From contig OX597827.1 in the NCBI GenBank assembly GCA_951406725.2, positions 2,046,001 to 2,110,000 on the forward strand: a DNA stretch of 64,000 bases, given 5' to 3'. Shown piece by piece: positions 29,800-42,666 of the stretch. Positions within the stretch are counted from its first letter, which is position 1. Every line of letters starts with the position of its first letter. The notes under the pieces are model-generated. The model was given only the letters and a program-made list of their open reading frames with translations, made no database searches and was not told where the DNA came from. Source of the DNA: Octopus vulgaris. Its lineage: Eukaryota. Position numbers and translations under genes: made by a program.

Positions 29800-31310
29800 A
29801 GGTAGTGAGCTGAGCGCACCGAGCAAAATACTGAGTGGCATTTCGTCTTTCTCTACGTTTCGAGTTCAAAATCCACCGAGGTCGATTTTGCCTACTATCC
29901 TTTCGGGGTCGATAAAATAAGTGGCATTTGGACGAATACTTACCTCCAGCTCCGAAATCGTTGGCATTGTGCCAAAATTTGAAACCAGTAGAATATCTGT
30001 GATAAACATCTTACACATCCTATACCTAACCTTAAAACTTCGTCTCTTACAGAATTCGAAAAGGTGATTGTTCGGAGATATTTCTTTCAGTTCTTTACAT
30101 TCTGTGCTCAAATCTGAGCCTCGCCGACGCCAACTTTACCTTATATCCCTAAATCTTTATGTCAAGACTAATAATTTTACTCGTAGATAGTCAACATTTT
30201 GTTTAACATTATAGAATTAGAAAGGGCGGTGGATCGGCGGTATTTCTTCCGGTTCTTTCAGCTTGTGAGTTCAAATCCTGTCGTGGTCAACTTTGCCTTT
30301 CATCCCATCGGGGGGTTGTTCAAATAGAGTACCAGAGTACCAGTTAAGAAGTGGAGTTGATAAAGTCGACTAAACGCCGTCCCCTTAAAACTACTGGCTT
30401 CGTGCTTAAATAAGGAAAAAAATTATTGAATTAGCAAGCAAGTAGAAAATAATTAAAGATAATTAACTACGTTGGCCCGGCTACATAATGTTTAGTTTGC
30501 AAATTTCGGTTCCTGCTTCTGCTAGTGATGCTGGTGCTGTTGCATATTTCAGTTCCTGTTATTGCTGCTAGTGTTGCTGCTGTTATTGTGGTTGCTGCCG
30601 CTGCTGCTGCTGCTGTCATCGTTGTTGTTGTTATTGTTGTTGTTGTTGACGACCTCATTCTCATCACATTTACTTTTATAGGTAGGATTATTTCCAATTA
30701 TTGTTGTTTGTTAAAATCGGTGAAGCGATCGAAAAAAAACTATGTTCTTTGGTATTTCATTACGTCACTTAACGTTTCTTCTTTTTAATGATTACCCCAC
30801 CCCACCCCACCCTTCCCCCAACGACTTCCGTTGCCACTGTGACGGCTTACCTCATTTTTTATCTTTCTATGCGACACAAATGAACTAAATAAAAGTTCTA
30901 TGTACCGGGTGGGTGAGTTTGGGGTTGAGGTGGAATTTTGATTTTAATCAACTTTTTCCGTTAAAAACTTTGGCAAACTGTACCAAAGTTAGAAATCGTT
31001 AATTACGATTATTTAAGGCGGCTAACTGGCAGAATAGTTAGCACGCCGAGCAAAATGCTTGATAAAATAAGTATCAGTCATACACTGGGGTCGATGTAAT
31101 CGACTTACACTCTCCCACGAACTTGCTAGCCTGTGTCAAAATTTAAAACCATTATTACGATAATTTAAGGTTTCGAGCTGGCAGAATCATTAGCACGCCG
31201 GGGGAAAAGCACAGCGGCATTTCGTCTGTCTCTATGCTCTGAGATCAAATTCCGTCAAGGTCGATTTTGCCTGTCAATATAATACGTACCAGTCAATGTG
31301 TCTTCCCCGA
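29800..31310 (+). mobile_element. Several Meta-like SINE copies
   Basis: Copies at ~29800-29985, 30223-30415, 31016-31150 and 31168-31310. Confidence 0.75.
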
Positions 31311-31494
31311 AACGACAGGGCGTAGCCGTTTGGGCTCTGACCATTATTGCAGAGCTCCCTAGACATACATCCAATTTGGCAACTGTAATTTCTGGTGCCT
31401 GAGTGTAACACACACGCCTGCGTGCGCGCGTGCACGTGTCATGCTCGGCTCACATTCTCATATCACTTGTCACCCGTTTTTATGAAAAACGTCG

Positions 31495-31635
31495 GCATAT
31501 ATTGCCCTATGGACATAGATGCCGAGTTGGCTGCATCCGTGGGTGGGCGTACACGAATACTGCAAAGAATGGGTACCCAGAAATGATGTGGTGAATTTCT
31601 TCATCGTTCTGATTGCATAACCTATACTTCAGTAT
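31495..31635 (-). mobile_element. Decayed R4-like zinc-knuckle fragment
   Basis: [19 protein letters not shown], then frameshifted QLGIYVH; parallels CRIC..ETINHIISSC..VGTYIH at ~41145. Confidence 0.55.
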
Positions 31636-31807
31636 TTCCTGTTTGCCCGTCTGTTTATTTTCATGCTTCTTTCTTTCTTCCCTCTTTTTTCTATCTCTTT
31701 CTTTTCTTCCTTCCTTCCTTCCTTCCTTCTTTTTCAATGGTTTCTCATATTCGTCGTACAAGTCATCATCGTCATCAATGCTATGAAGTGCGTATGTAAA
31801 TATACAT

Positions 31808-31857
<50 letters not shown>

Positions 31858-31977
31858 AGATATATACACATACATACATACATTTGTATATGTATATATA
31901 TATATATATCTACATGTATACATATATACATATATGCATATATACACATGTATGTATATATATATACATATACATGC

Positions 31978-32024
<47 letters not shown>

Positions 32025-32059
32025 CATATGCATGTATATGTATATAAATATTTATATGT

Positions 32060-32173
32060 CCCAACCACATGGTTCCGAGTCCAGTTCAGCCGCGTAGCGC
32101 CTTGTGCAAATGTTTTCTGCTGTAGCCTCTAGCTGACCAAAGCCTTGTCAGGGAAAACTAAAAGAATCCTGTC

Positions 32174-32218
<45 letters not shown>

Positions 32219-32446
32219 TATGGGGGGTGGGCTGCGCTCACGCGCGTGTCTTTGTGTTTGCTCGCAACTACTGCTTCACAACTGGTTTTGATGTGTTTAT
32301 GTACTTGTAACTTAGCGGCTCGGCAAAAGAGACCCATACAATAAGTAACAGGTTTTCACAAAATAAGTCCTCGAGCCGATTTGTTCGACTAAAAGTGGTG
32401 CCCCAGGATGGCTGCAATCAAAATGGCTGAAATACGTAAAAGCAAA
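32060..32446 (+). mobile_element. CORE-like SINE
   Basis: ccaaccacatggttccgag...ccttgtgcaaatgt...aaaagagacc...aaatggctgaaa. Confidence 0.8.
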
Positions 32447-32465
32447 AGGTAATATGTGTGTGTGT

Positions 32466-32518
<53 letters not shown>

Positions 32519-33105
32519 TATCATATTCATATATCTAATTTTTCATGAGAAAGGAAACTCGCGTCACGAAGTAAACTTTCATTTGTAGTTACACTAAAAT
32601 TCATATCCTCTACAACAAGTATTAAGCACTCTTTCCTCATTCGTTAGACATTAAGTAAAGTGTGTGGGATGAAACCCATTGCAGTAGATTATTTTCATCT
32701 TTCATCGTTTATTTGTTTCATTCATTAGACTGCGACCATGCTGGGGCATCGTCTGGAAGAATTTCAGTCGCACTTTTCTACCGCAGTACTTACTATTTCT
32801 TTAATAAAGTATAGTACTTTTTGTATGGGTCCCTTTTGGCCGAACTGCTAAGTTATGCGAACGTAAAATGTTGTCAAGAGCTATTGAGATACAAACGCAC
32901 AAAGACACACACTGATATATATATATATATATACGTACTACGTATATATCCACATATGTATGAGTGGATTGCTTTAGATGTATGATGAACATCTGAAAAT
33001 TTATTGGAGAAAAAACTCCTAAGCTATAACCAGCCGGCTAACCAACCAACCAGTCAACTACACAAACATATAAGGAATGTTTAACTCAAAGAAGCGCATG
33101 AGAAA

Positions 33106-33153
<48 letters not shown>

Positions 33154-34950
33154 CAGAAAATCTGGACTGAGTAAGGTGGGTGGAGCTTGAGGCAAATAAA
33201 TAATTAACGAGTAAAACAAAAACAGCAAAAATACAGGAACAACACAGAATTATAATAACAAGCAACGCAGTGACATTAAAACAGAATCCTGTGCTAAAGC
33301 AGACTATTTCCTGTGTGGCAATTTTGTCTTAACGATCCAGTCATGGCGTACACTGCTTTTAAAATTTTGTTGCTTATATATGGTCGCCATTTTGAATTCT
33401 TTGTTTTCTGTTGCTCATTGCATCAAATGAACTCTGGCAAGATGTAAGATTGAAGATGGCAATTTGGTTATAGAGAAAGACAAGAGCGTGAAAGATAATG
33501 GAAGAGAGCGAGAGAGAGAGAGAGAGAGAAGATAATAAAGTGAAAGACAGAATGAGAGAGAATAGAGTTGAGAGAATTACAAGCACGTTCATTCACAAAC
33601 AAATATACACACATCGACGCATGCAGGCACACACATCTCAAGAGAAAGTTGCTGAGGAAACAAGAAAATGTCATCAGAGTATGAATGTGAATGTGTGGCG
33701 AAGAGGCGGGGATGGGTGAAGATTCTTCGCTTGTATATCTCTATCTCAATGTTTTATACACAGAAAATATACATATACGCTTAAAGATGCGCACCAATAC
33801 AAACATACACCACTTCATATACACTCTTCACACGTAAACGTAAATATACACACATCCATAACTATACACATATCCATGTATTTCCACACATATGTATTTG
33901 TGTGTGTGCATATATAAATGTTCACACAAACACACACACATACATTTATATATTTTTTTCTTGCAGAAACAGCATATATTAGGAAAATCTAAGATATATT
34001 TAACGTGCTTAGAGACTGTAGATTGTAGCAATTCCACTGAGGTAGTAAACAGACGGAAAGCTACGTTGTTATTCTCTTCGCAAATAGAAAAATAAGTAGA
34101 CTGGTTTCACCTGTTTCATTGGTAATTGACTACCCTTATTGAATTAGGATTTCTCACCTTTATGATATGAAGCAATAGCTATTCTAAGGAATGGCTATTT
34201 ATGTTAGTCACAATCTAGTAGTTAAACAATTACATATACTAAGTTCAGAATGCTTTTATGCAAAATAAGGGTACCTTGGAAAGAAAATCTAAACTAAATC
34301 TAGAGTAATTACGTTGCAGATTGTGACGCAGACACTGCAAAATGTTAAGAATTTATTTATAAATTTTGTTATTCATTTTACAAACAGAAAAGCAAGTTTG
34401 CCGTGGAATGTTTCGTGGTTCATTGGCAACTCTTTACAGAACACGCAACCATCACCCTTGCGCTCTTTGCAATACCAGTTAAGAATTAATGCGTGGGTGT
34501 TGTAACTGATGAAACATATTTGGATGATTTTCATATTTTTCTGCTTTCGAAAGCATGATGGATCCACATGATGGATCCACATGATGGATCTACATGAGAA
34601 GCATATACATCTTGGCGTTACAAAATGTCGTTCCACCGCGTCGCTTAGTGGTTAGGATATTCCTTTTCCTGTAAGGTTGTGAGTTCGATTCCCGGTGGTG
34701 GGTTGTGCCCTTAGTAATACACTTTATTTCACTTTGCTTAAGTCCACTCTGCTGGCAAAAATGAGTTGTACTTCTAATTCAAAGGGGTGGCTTTGTCAAA
34801 TACTTTGTTAAACTGGATATCCATAAAAACTACCTTAAGTGTACGCGCATCCGTACGGTGCTCATCAATTTCACCTGAAAACTGTTCCATTGGGAAGATC
34901 AGTTCGAACCCTTATCGTCGTAACCGACGGTGTACCAGTTCACAAATACA

Positions 34951-34982
<32 letters not shown>

Positions 34983-35120
34983 CTTTTCTACTCTAGGCAC
35001 ATATATATATAAAGTTAATCCAAACAAGAAAAACAAAAAAGACAACAACGCAAAAAGTGGAACAACTAAAATATATGTGTATATATACATACATGTACAT
35101 ATATGTATATATACACACAC

Positions 35121-35212
35121 ACGCTGCCATGGACTGGCGTCCCATCAAGCTGGGGAACACATACGCCATAGAAACCGGGCCTATGAGCCTGGCTAGGCTT
35201 TGAAAGGGCGCA
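35121..35212 (+). mobile_element. 3' fragment of the same V-type SINE
   Basis: gctgccatggactggcgtcccatcaagctggggaacacatacgcc...ggctaggcttt matches 10294-10395 reversed. Confidence 0.8.
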
Positions 35213-35516
35213 GAAAAGAAAAGTACGTATATAAAGCGCTTAGTATAAATGTTGAAGACTGAATGACTGAAAATTGATCGGTTTGGGAAGAAACGATCTA
35301 TAATGATTGACTTCAATCCCAGAATGTTATTTACCTGAAAATATTTGTTACATTTGCAGCAGGGTCTGTTCTAAAGTCTGACTTGCTAGTTACATGAGAT
35401 CTCACAACGGCATTTACTAAATGAAAAGATGATATTATTCTGTAAAGAAATGGCAATCACCGTATGTATATGTATGTTTATATATATATATATATGTATG
35501 TATGTATGTTTATATA

Positions 35517-35552
<36 letters not shown>

Positions 35553-35632
35553 TGTATGTGTGCATGCATGTATCTATCTCTCTCTCTGTATCTATATAGG
35601 AGACCAAATTTCATATATATATATATATATAT

Positions 35633-35774
<142 letters not shown>

Positions 35775-35874
35775 TTATATATATGTATTTCTATATATAC
35801 ATATATGTATATTTATATATATGTATATATATAGTTAGATGGATAGATTGATAGATAGATAGATAGATATATAA

Positions 35875-35958
<84 letters not shown>

Positions 35959-36210
35959 CAATAGCGAGAGAGAAATGGATGAGAACTAATGTAGGAAGTA
36001 ACTTTGAAATAGAACGGATTAAGTAGGAAGTTGGATGTAAATGCTAGGCGAAAGGTAGTGTATACGAGTGGTTCCAGCCTGCAGCTTTCAATTTCCATTG
36101 TCTTTCTGCACGGTTTGTCAAATACAATTTATGGCGGAATGACAGAAAGAGGAAACAGTTTGTTTCCTCAACAAAAGTCACTGACCTTTTAATACCCCCT
36201 TCTCTGTCAC

Positions 36211-36265
<55 letters not shown>

Positions 36266-37012
36266 CTTTTCCACTCTCCCCCCTCCGTCATCGACTCTCT
36301 CTCTCTCTGTTCATTTAAGTATTTATCTCTGTCGAAACTAGGTCTTTTGAAGTTTCACAGTGGGACAATCTTCGTACCTGCATATTTCTATGTATATCTT
36401 TCTGCATGTCTGATAGTCTTTGTAAATTTTAGAGCGCTATCCTTCATTGTTATTTGGTAAATGTGATCGATTCCCACTCAACAGGTAGAGATAATATTAA
36501 TAAATCACGAATTTATGTTGTATGGTATTTGATGAGCCTGTATTTGTGTAATTTGTCCACTTACGTGCCACTGGCCAGTGAATAGCTCCTCTCCTCTCAT
36601 TTGTGTATTCATCCTATTATTTTTTTTCTATTTTACTTGTTTCAGTCATTAGACTACGGCCATACTGGAGCACCGCATTCAAGAACTTTTAGTCGAATGT
36701 ATCGAATTCAGTACTTATCTCTTTTGCCGGACCGCTAAGTTACGGGGACTTAAACACAGCAGCACCGTGGGATATCATTTATCCAATATACTGTTGGTAA
36801 AGTATCCAAATTCTTATTACATAAATGTTTTTAATTGCAATGCAATTAAGTCATTTATTGTATTAAACGGGTGAAGGTAAAGAAATATTTTTACCGTAAA
36901 TATATAATACAAATAAGAAAATGGAGAAACAAATTTGGTTTGTTCTAATCCAACGTTATAATATCCGTAAGTTGATGAACAAACCAAATGTGTTTCTCCA
37001 TCTTCTTATTTG

Positions 37013-37102
<90 letters not shown>

Positions 37103-37972
37103 TACATACATACATACATACATGCATGTATGTATATATTCATATATATATCTATGTGTATATTTATGTATACACATACACATGCACAACTCACACACAC
37201 ACATCTATACGTACATGCGTGTAAAATTGTGCTTGTACGTATGTGTTTGTGAGACATGACTATTTTATTGCCCGCAGGACAGACAAAGGGATTAAGTCGA
37301 TTACATCGACCCCAGTGAGTAACTGATACTTATTTAATTGACTCCGAAAGGGTGAAAGTAAAGTCGACCTCGACGGAGTTTGAACTCAGAACGTAACGGC
37401 AGACGAAACACCGCTAAGCATTTCGCCAGACGTTCTAACGTTTCTGCCAGCCTAGAAACATGACTGTTGTCTACATCTCTGTGTTCGTATGTGTTTGTTT
37501 TGGGTATGTGTGTGTGTGCGTGTGCGCGTCTGCAGGTACAATCCACCTGTATGCCTCGTTACAATCAAACTGTGTGGGTCCACTGGAAGCTACAGAAAAC
37601 GACATTTTACCCAAAATGCTACAACTTGGGCAAACGGCACATTCTGCGTCTCGAACCATGGACTTTGGAACGTTTGGTCATACTCTGCGTACATACATAC
37701 ATAAATACATACATACAAAAGTATCATAGAGATATATGTACACAAATGCACGCATACCGTTCATACAAATACATACACGCATACATATATCCATACATAC
37801 ACTTATGTATCTGCATGTATGCATTTATGTAGCATATGTGTGTGTGTGTCTATACACACACACGCATAAGCACGCAGACATGCAAGCACACAGAGACATA
37901 CAAACACATACAGACATAGTACACACGAAAGTATGTATGTATGTATGCATGTATGTGTGTATGTATGTATGC

Positions 37973-38008
<36 letters not shown>

Positions 38009-38015
38009 CTCTCTC

Positions 38016-38048
<33 letters not shown>

Positions 38049-39231
38049 ATGTATATAGATATATATATGTATATATATATATCCGTATATAGACGCACAA
38101 GTACACGGTCATACACACACTCTCGCGCATGCACAGAAGTGCACACATACAAATATACAGACACACAAATAAACACGTACACGGAGACACCAATAGTACA
38201 ATAAGCGTTTGAAGTTGGCTTTCCTCACAACTTTCTGTGGAATGAGGCATAAGTGTTAAGCAATAATCTTCTCGAAGACACCATTGTCTGCTGAGGAAAT
38301 CAGCGTAATTGGCCAACAATGGATGTTTTATCAATTCTGACGTAATAACACTTCCTTTTCCTTTCTGATCAGAAGAGGATGTAATATCGGAGTATAATAG
38401 GCATCCACCTTCTGTTACATTCTCTTACTATCACTCCATCTCTGTCTGTCTGTCTGTCTCTCTCTCACTCTCTTCCTCGCTTTAATATCTTCCATCTTCC
38501 TTCGTCTCTCCTTTCCCGTTTCTCTTTCATGTTAATTACGCGTGTATGTACGTATGTATATCAGTATCTTTATTCACACACACATACACACGGACACATA
38601 CACACACACACACAAATACACACGGACACACACGCAAACACATATACATATATATGCACACCGATGGTTGTGCGCGTGCATTGATGTATGTATGTATATT
38701 TTGCTTCTCAGTATAAATGTATATACATTTTTATGCATGTGTATCTATATGTATATTTGCGCATTGATTTGTATAAGTATATATGGACAGATACATATAC
38801 ATAGTTACGTGTCTGAAGTTAGGTACATATATATGTATATATATACGTATACATCACATCTATACTTCCTTATATGCACGTAATATAAATATATATACCC
38901 TTCTCCACACACATATACATATTTATACATACACAACCCCTCTTTATACACACACACATATCGAACAGCGTGGATGAGTGCTCAACACACATGCTTATAA
39001 GTTACCTCCCATGATTTGTATATTTATTTATCTCAAAATCCCCTTCAGTCTCGTGTAGTTTCGTATATTCTCATCCAAGATGGAGACAAATACCAACATT
39101 TCATGTGGCAGGCTTGATGATTGCTGAGAGAATTCTTTCGGCATGAAACCAAAACCATAGAGTTGTTAGTCCACAAATAAAGCATGTATATATATATACA
39201 TACATATACATACATATATATATACACACAC

Positions 39232-39293
<62 letters not shown>

Positions 39294-39465
39294 AATATTA
39301 GGGAATAAATCCAAATTTACAGGGAAAAAATCAGATTTAGGATTAAATCCAATTTTATAGTAAAATATTATATAATATTAATTAGAGACAAAACCACTAT
39401 TTTGCAAAACAAACAAGGAAAGACTTAATCAATACATAAAATTTTAATAAAAAGTAAAAAAACCG

Positions 39466-39508
39466 CCACTACAATTGTTTCTTGTCCTGATCGACAATCT
39501 TCAGGTGG
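39466..39508 (-). ncRNA. Minimal type-I hammerhead ribozyme (inverted copy)
   Basis: Exact reverse complement of 39688-39730. Confidence 0.85.
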
Positions 39509-39687
39509 ATTTCCAATTTTCAAGTCAGTTTCAAATTATGACTTCATAATTTGAAACTGACTTGAAAAGCGGGAATACTTTTTATACATATGTTAGGTTC
39601 CTATGGTAACGTAATGTTGTTTGACGTTTTTAACGGCTAGAATTTAATTTCACTTCATAATTTGAAACTGACTTGAAAATTGGAAAT

Positions 39688-39730
39688 CCACCTGAAGATT
39701 GTCGATCAGGACAAGAAACAATTGTAGTGG
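39688..39730 (+). ncRNA. Minimal type-I hammerhead ribozyme
   Basis: CCAC-CUGAAGA-UUGUC(gaucag)GACAA-GAAA-CAAUUGU-A-GUGG: stem I CCAC/GUGG, stem II 5 bp, palindromic stem III ACAAUUGU, GUA cleavage triplet. Confidence 0.85.
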
Positions 39731-39814
39731 CGGTTTTTTTACTTTTTATTAAAATTTTATGTATTGATTAAGTCTTTCCTTGTTTGTTTTGCAAAATAGT
39801 GGTTTTGTCTCAAA

Positions 39815-39883
<69 letters not shown>

Positions 39884-39974
39884 CAGACAGACAGACAGAC
39901 ATACAGACAGATAGATAGATAAGATAGACAGATACACACACACACACACACACACACATATATGCATAATTTGT

Positions 39975-40340
39975 GATTGCTCCATTTATTCACAGACGAT
40001 TGCAGTCTCTGTACATCTTCGATGTCAATGGCATTTCTGACTTTCCATCCATGGCCTCTAAGTTGGCTATTCATTTCTGTTGTAGATCTTCATGATTTCA
40101 AGCAAAGGTGACAGATGAAAGTTGTAACTTACTGTGCTCTTCCAACTGATGAAGTCTACGTTTCTATCACATAGGACTTTCAGTACATGGAATAACGAGC
40201 GAGGTCCTCATAAAAAGACATTCGTACATCATAAGATTATAATGATAAATGCTTGAAGGAGCACCATTCTCTGAGTCTCCGTAATAAGTACCTTGCGACC
40301 GGCCGAAGAGAGATGACCCATAATCATATGTAATCGCATT
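39975..40340 (-). mobile_element. Decayed CR1/L2-type RT fragment
   Basis: KVRNAIDIEDVQRLQSSVNKWS resembles the region after the ADD motif; upstream R.Q....NG..S pattern. Confidence 0.45.
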
Positions 40341-40554
40341 TACATCAGTGTCCCACTCCAAGAAGGATGCTGTGATAGCAGCTAGGGGCCCCTCACTTCC
40401 GGTGGTTTTACTGCATGCCCTGACACCAAGTAAGGGTATTTCACTCTCATATATACAAACACACTCACATATTGCAACCGAGCCTTGTTTCTCTTTCTTC
40501 TAACAATCCTTGTTGCTTGTTTTCCGTCCTTCTTTTTCTTTCCATCTTTTGGCA

Positions 40555-41825
40555 ATTCCCAAATCCCCTGAAGCAGCAAACCACAAAACTACAGACCTAT
40601 AACCTGTCTCTTACAATTTGCAAAGCCTTTACTGCAATAATATCGCAGGGATTGAGCAAGCATCTGGAAGAAAATAACCGGTTTCCAGCAGAGCAGAAGG
40701 GATGCTGCAAGGGCTCATGCGGCTGCAAAGATCAACTAATGATTAATAAAGCCATAACTGAAGACAGCCGCAGAAAGAAGACAGAGCTCAGTATGGCCTG
40801 GATCGACGACCGAAAGGCTTTTGATAGTATTCCCCACACGTGCATCCTCGAAACACTAACCATGAACAAGGTAGCAGCAATAATTATAAAATTCATAATA
40901 CACTCTATGAATAAATGGCAGACAGTGCTACAGCTCCAAACAAAAGAGGGGACTCGTGAAAACCAAAGCCATCCCCATTAGAAGAGGAATATTCCAGGGA
41001 GACACGCTCTCTCCACTCCTTTTCTGCTTGGCACTGACGCCTCTAACCGACATGCTAAATAGAACTGGATGCGGATACAAATGTTACGGCAAAACAATAA
41101 GAAGTTACCAAAAACATATAATAAAAAGAAACATAACAAATAGCTGCAGAATATGTGGAGATGGACAAGAAACAATAAATCATATTATCTCTAGCTGCTC
41201 AGTCCTGGCTAAAAAGGAATATATTCACAGACATGACAGAGTTGGAACCTATATACATTGGAAGCTATGCCAACACTATGGAATAACAATAGAAAAAAGA
41301 TGGTATAGGTACACACCAGAAAAGGTCACAGAAAACGAGAAAGCAACCATACTCTGGGCTATGCCGATACACACAGATAGAGAAATTAAGGCCAACAGAC
41401 CAGATATAGTTGTCAGAGAGCAAGAAGAAAAAATGCTTTCTAATTGAGGTATCAATACCAGCAGATGACAACGTGTCCCTCAAAGAAATGGAGAAACTTT
41501 CAAAATACAAAGACCTGGAAATAGAGGTAACTCGAATGTGGAATCTAAAAACAGAAACAATCCCTATCATAGTAGGCGCATTTGGTATGATAAAAAATAT
41601 TCAGACAAATACACAACAAAAACATCAGGACTTACAAATATATATAACATACAGAAAATTGCACTACTGGGCACTGCACACATCCTACGCAAAAAACTTC
41701 AATACAGTAACCATAAGAGCATCACAGCAAACCATAAGAGCATCACAGCATCACAGCAAACCCAAAGCACACAGAGTGCGCTCGGTAGTGAAGTGAGAGC
41801 ACATTATAAAAATAAGACTACTGAC

Positions 41826-41889
<64 letters not shown>
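40555..41889 (+). mobile_element. R4/Dong-clade non-LTR retrotransposon relic (RT + CCHC + restriction-like endonuclease), internally deleted and frameshifted
   Basis: NYRPITCL, EQKGC, MAWID.RKAFDSIPH, RGIFQGDTLSPLLF, CRIC..ETINHIISSC..RHD, RPDIVV..IEVSIP..KLSKYKDL..PIIVGAFG; 3' UTR with a 21-bp duplication, then (TAA)n tail 41826-41889. Confidence 0.92.
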
Positions 41890-41891
<2 letters not shown>

Positions 41892-42620
41892 TTTCAAAGT
41901 TTGGCACAATGCCAGCAATTTCAGGGAGGGGATAAGTCGATTACATCAACTGCAGTACTCAAAACAATGATAGTTAAAGTCGACCTCGGTGGCATTTGAA
42001 CTCAGAACGTAAGGACGGACCAAATGCCGCTATGCATTAAGCCCGGCTTGTTGACGATTCTGCCAGCTCACCACCTTAGTAGCAACAACAACAACAACAA
42101 CAACAACAACGACAATAACAATAAGAAGAAGAAATAAAAAACACAAGAAAATTTGTATATATTTTTATATGTTTATAGAAGCAGTTATATTTTCTCTTTC
42201 AGACATACACACACCAAAGTAAATCAGCGCACAAATTCGTGTACATAAAGTGTGCGTGCGCGCGTGTGTGTATGTGTATATGTGTGTATATAAATACACT
42301 GATACATATGTAAATCACAAATTATGTACAGTCCTCGCAGGAACGTATGCTTAACATGAAATAACAAGAAAATATAGTAATAAAAAATATTGAACAAGAG
42401 CATATATATATATATATATATATACATATATAATGTAATTTTATTCACATATATTTATATGTATACATATACAGATATATATATATATATATATATATAT
42501 AATGTAATTATATTCACACACACACATATATATATATATGTATGTAAATACGTACGTATGTATGTATGCATGCATGTATGTATGTATGTATGTATGTATG
42601 TATGTATGTATGTATGTATG

Positions 42621-42666
<46 letters not shown>

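Larger units (their letters stand above)
39291..39827. mobile_element. Penelope-like (PLE) pLTR remnant in inverted arrangement, inserted in (TA)n
   Basis: Arms 39369-39541 and 39655-39827 are reverse complements (one mismatch seen by eye); each carries a minimal hammerhead; (TA)n on both flanks; no ORF. Confidence 0.7.

Noticed and set aside
40146-40182. CUGAUGA followed by a hairpin
   Set aside because: No GAAA after the stem; lies within a LINE relic.
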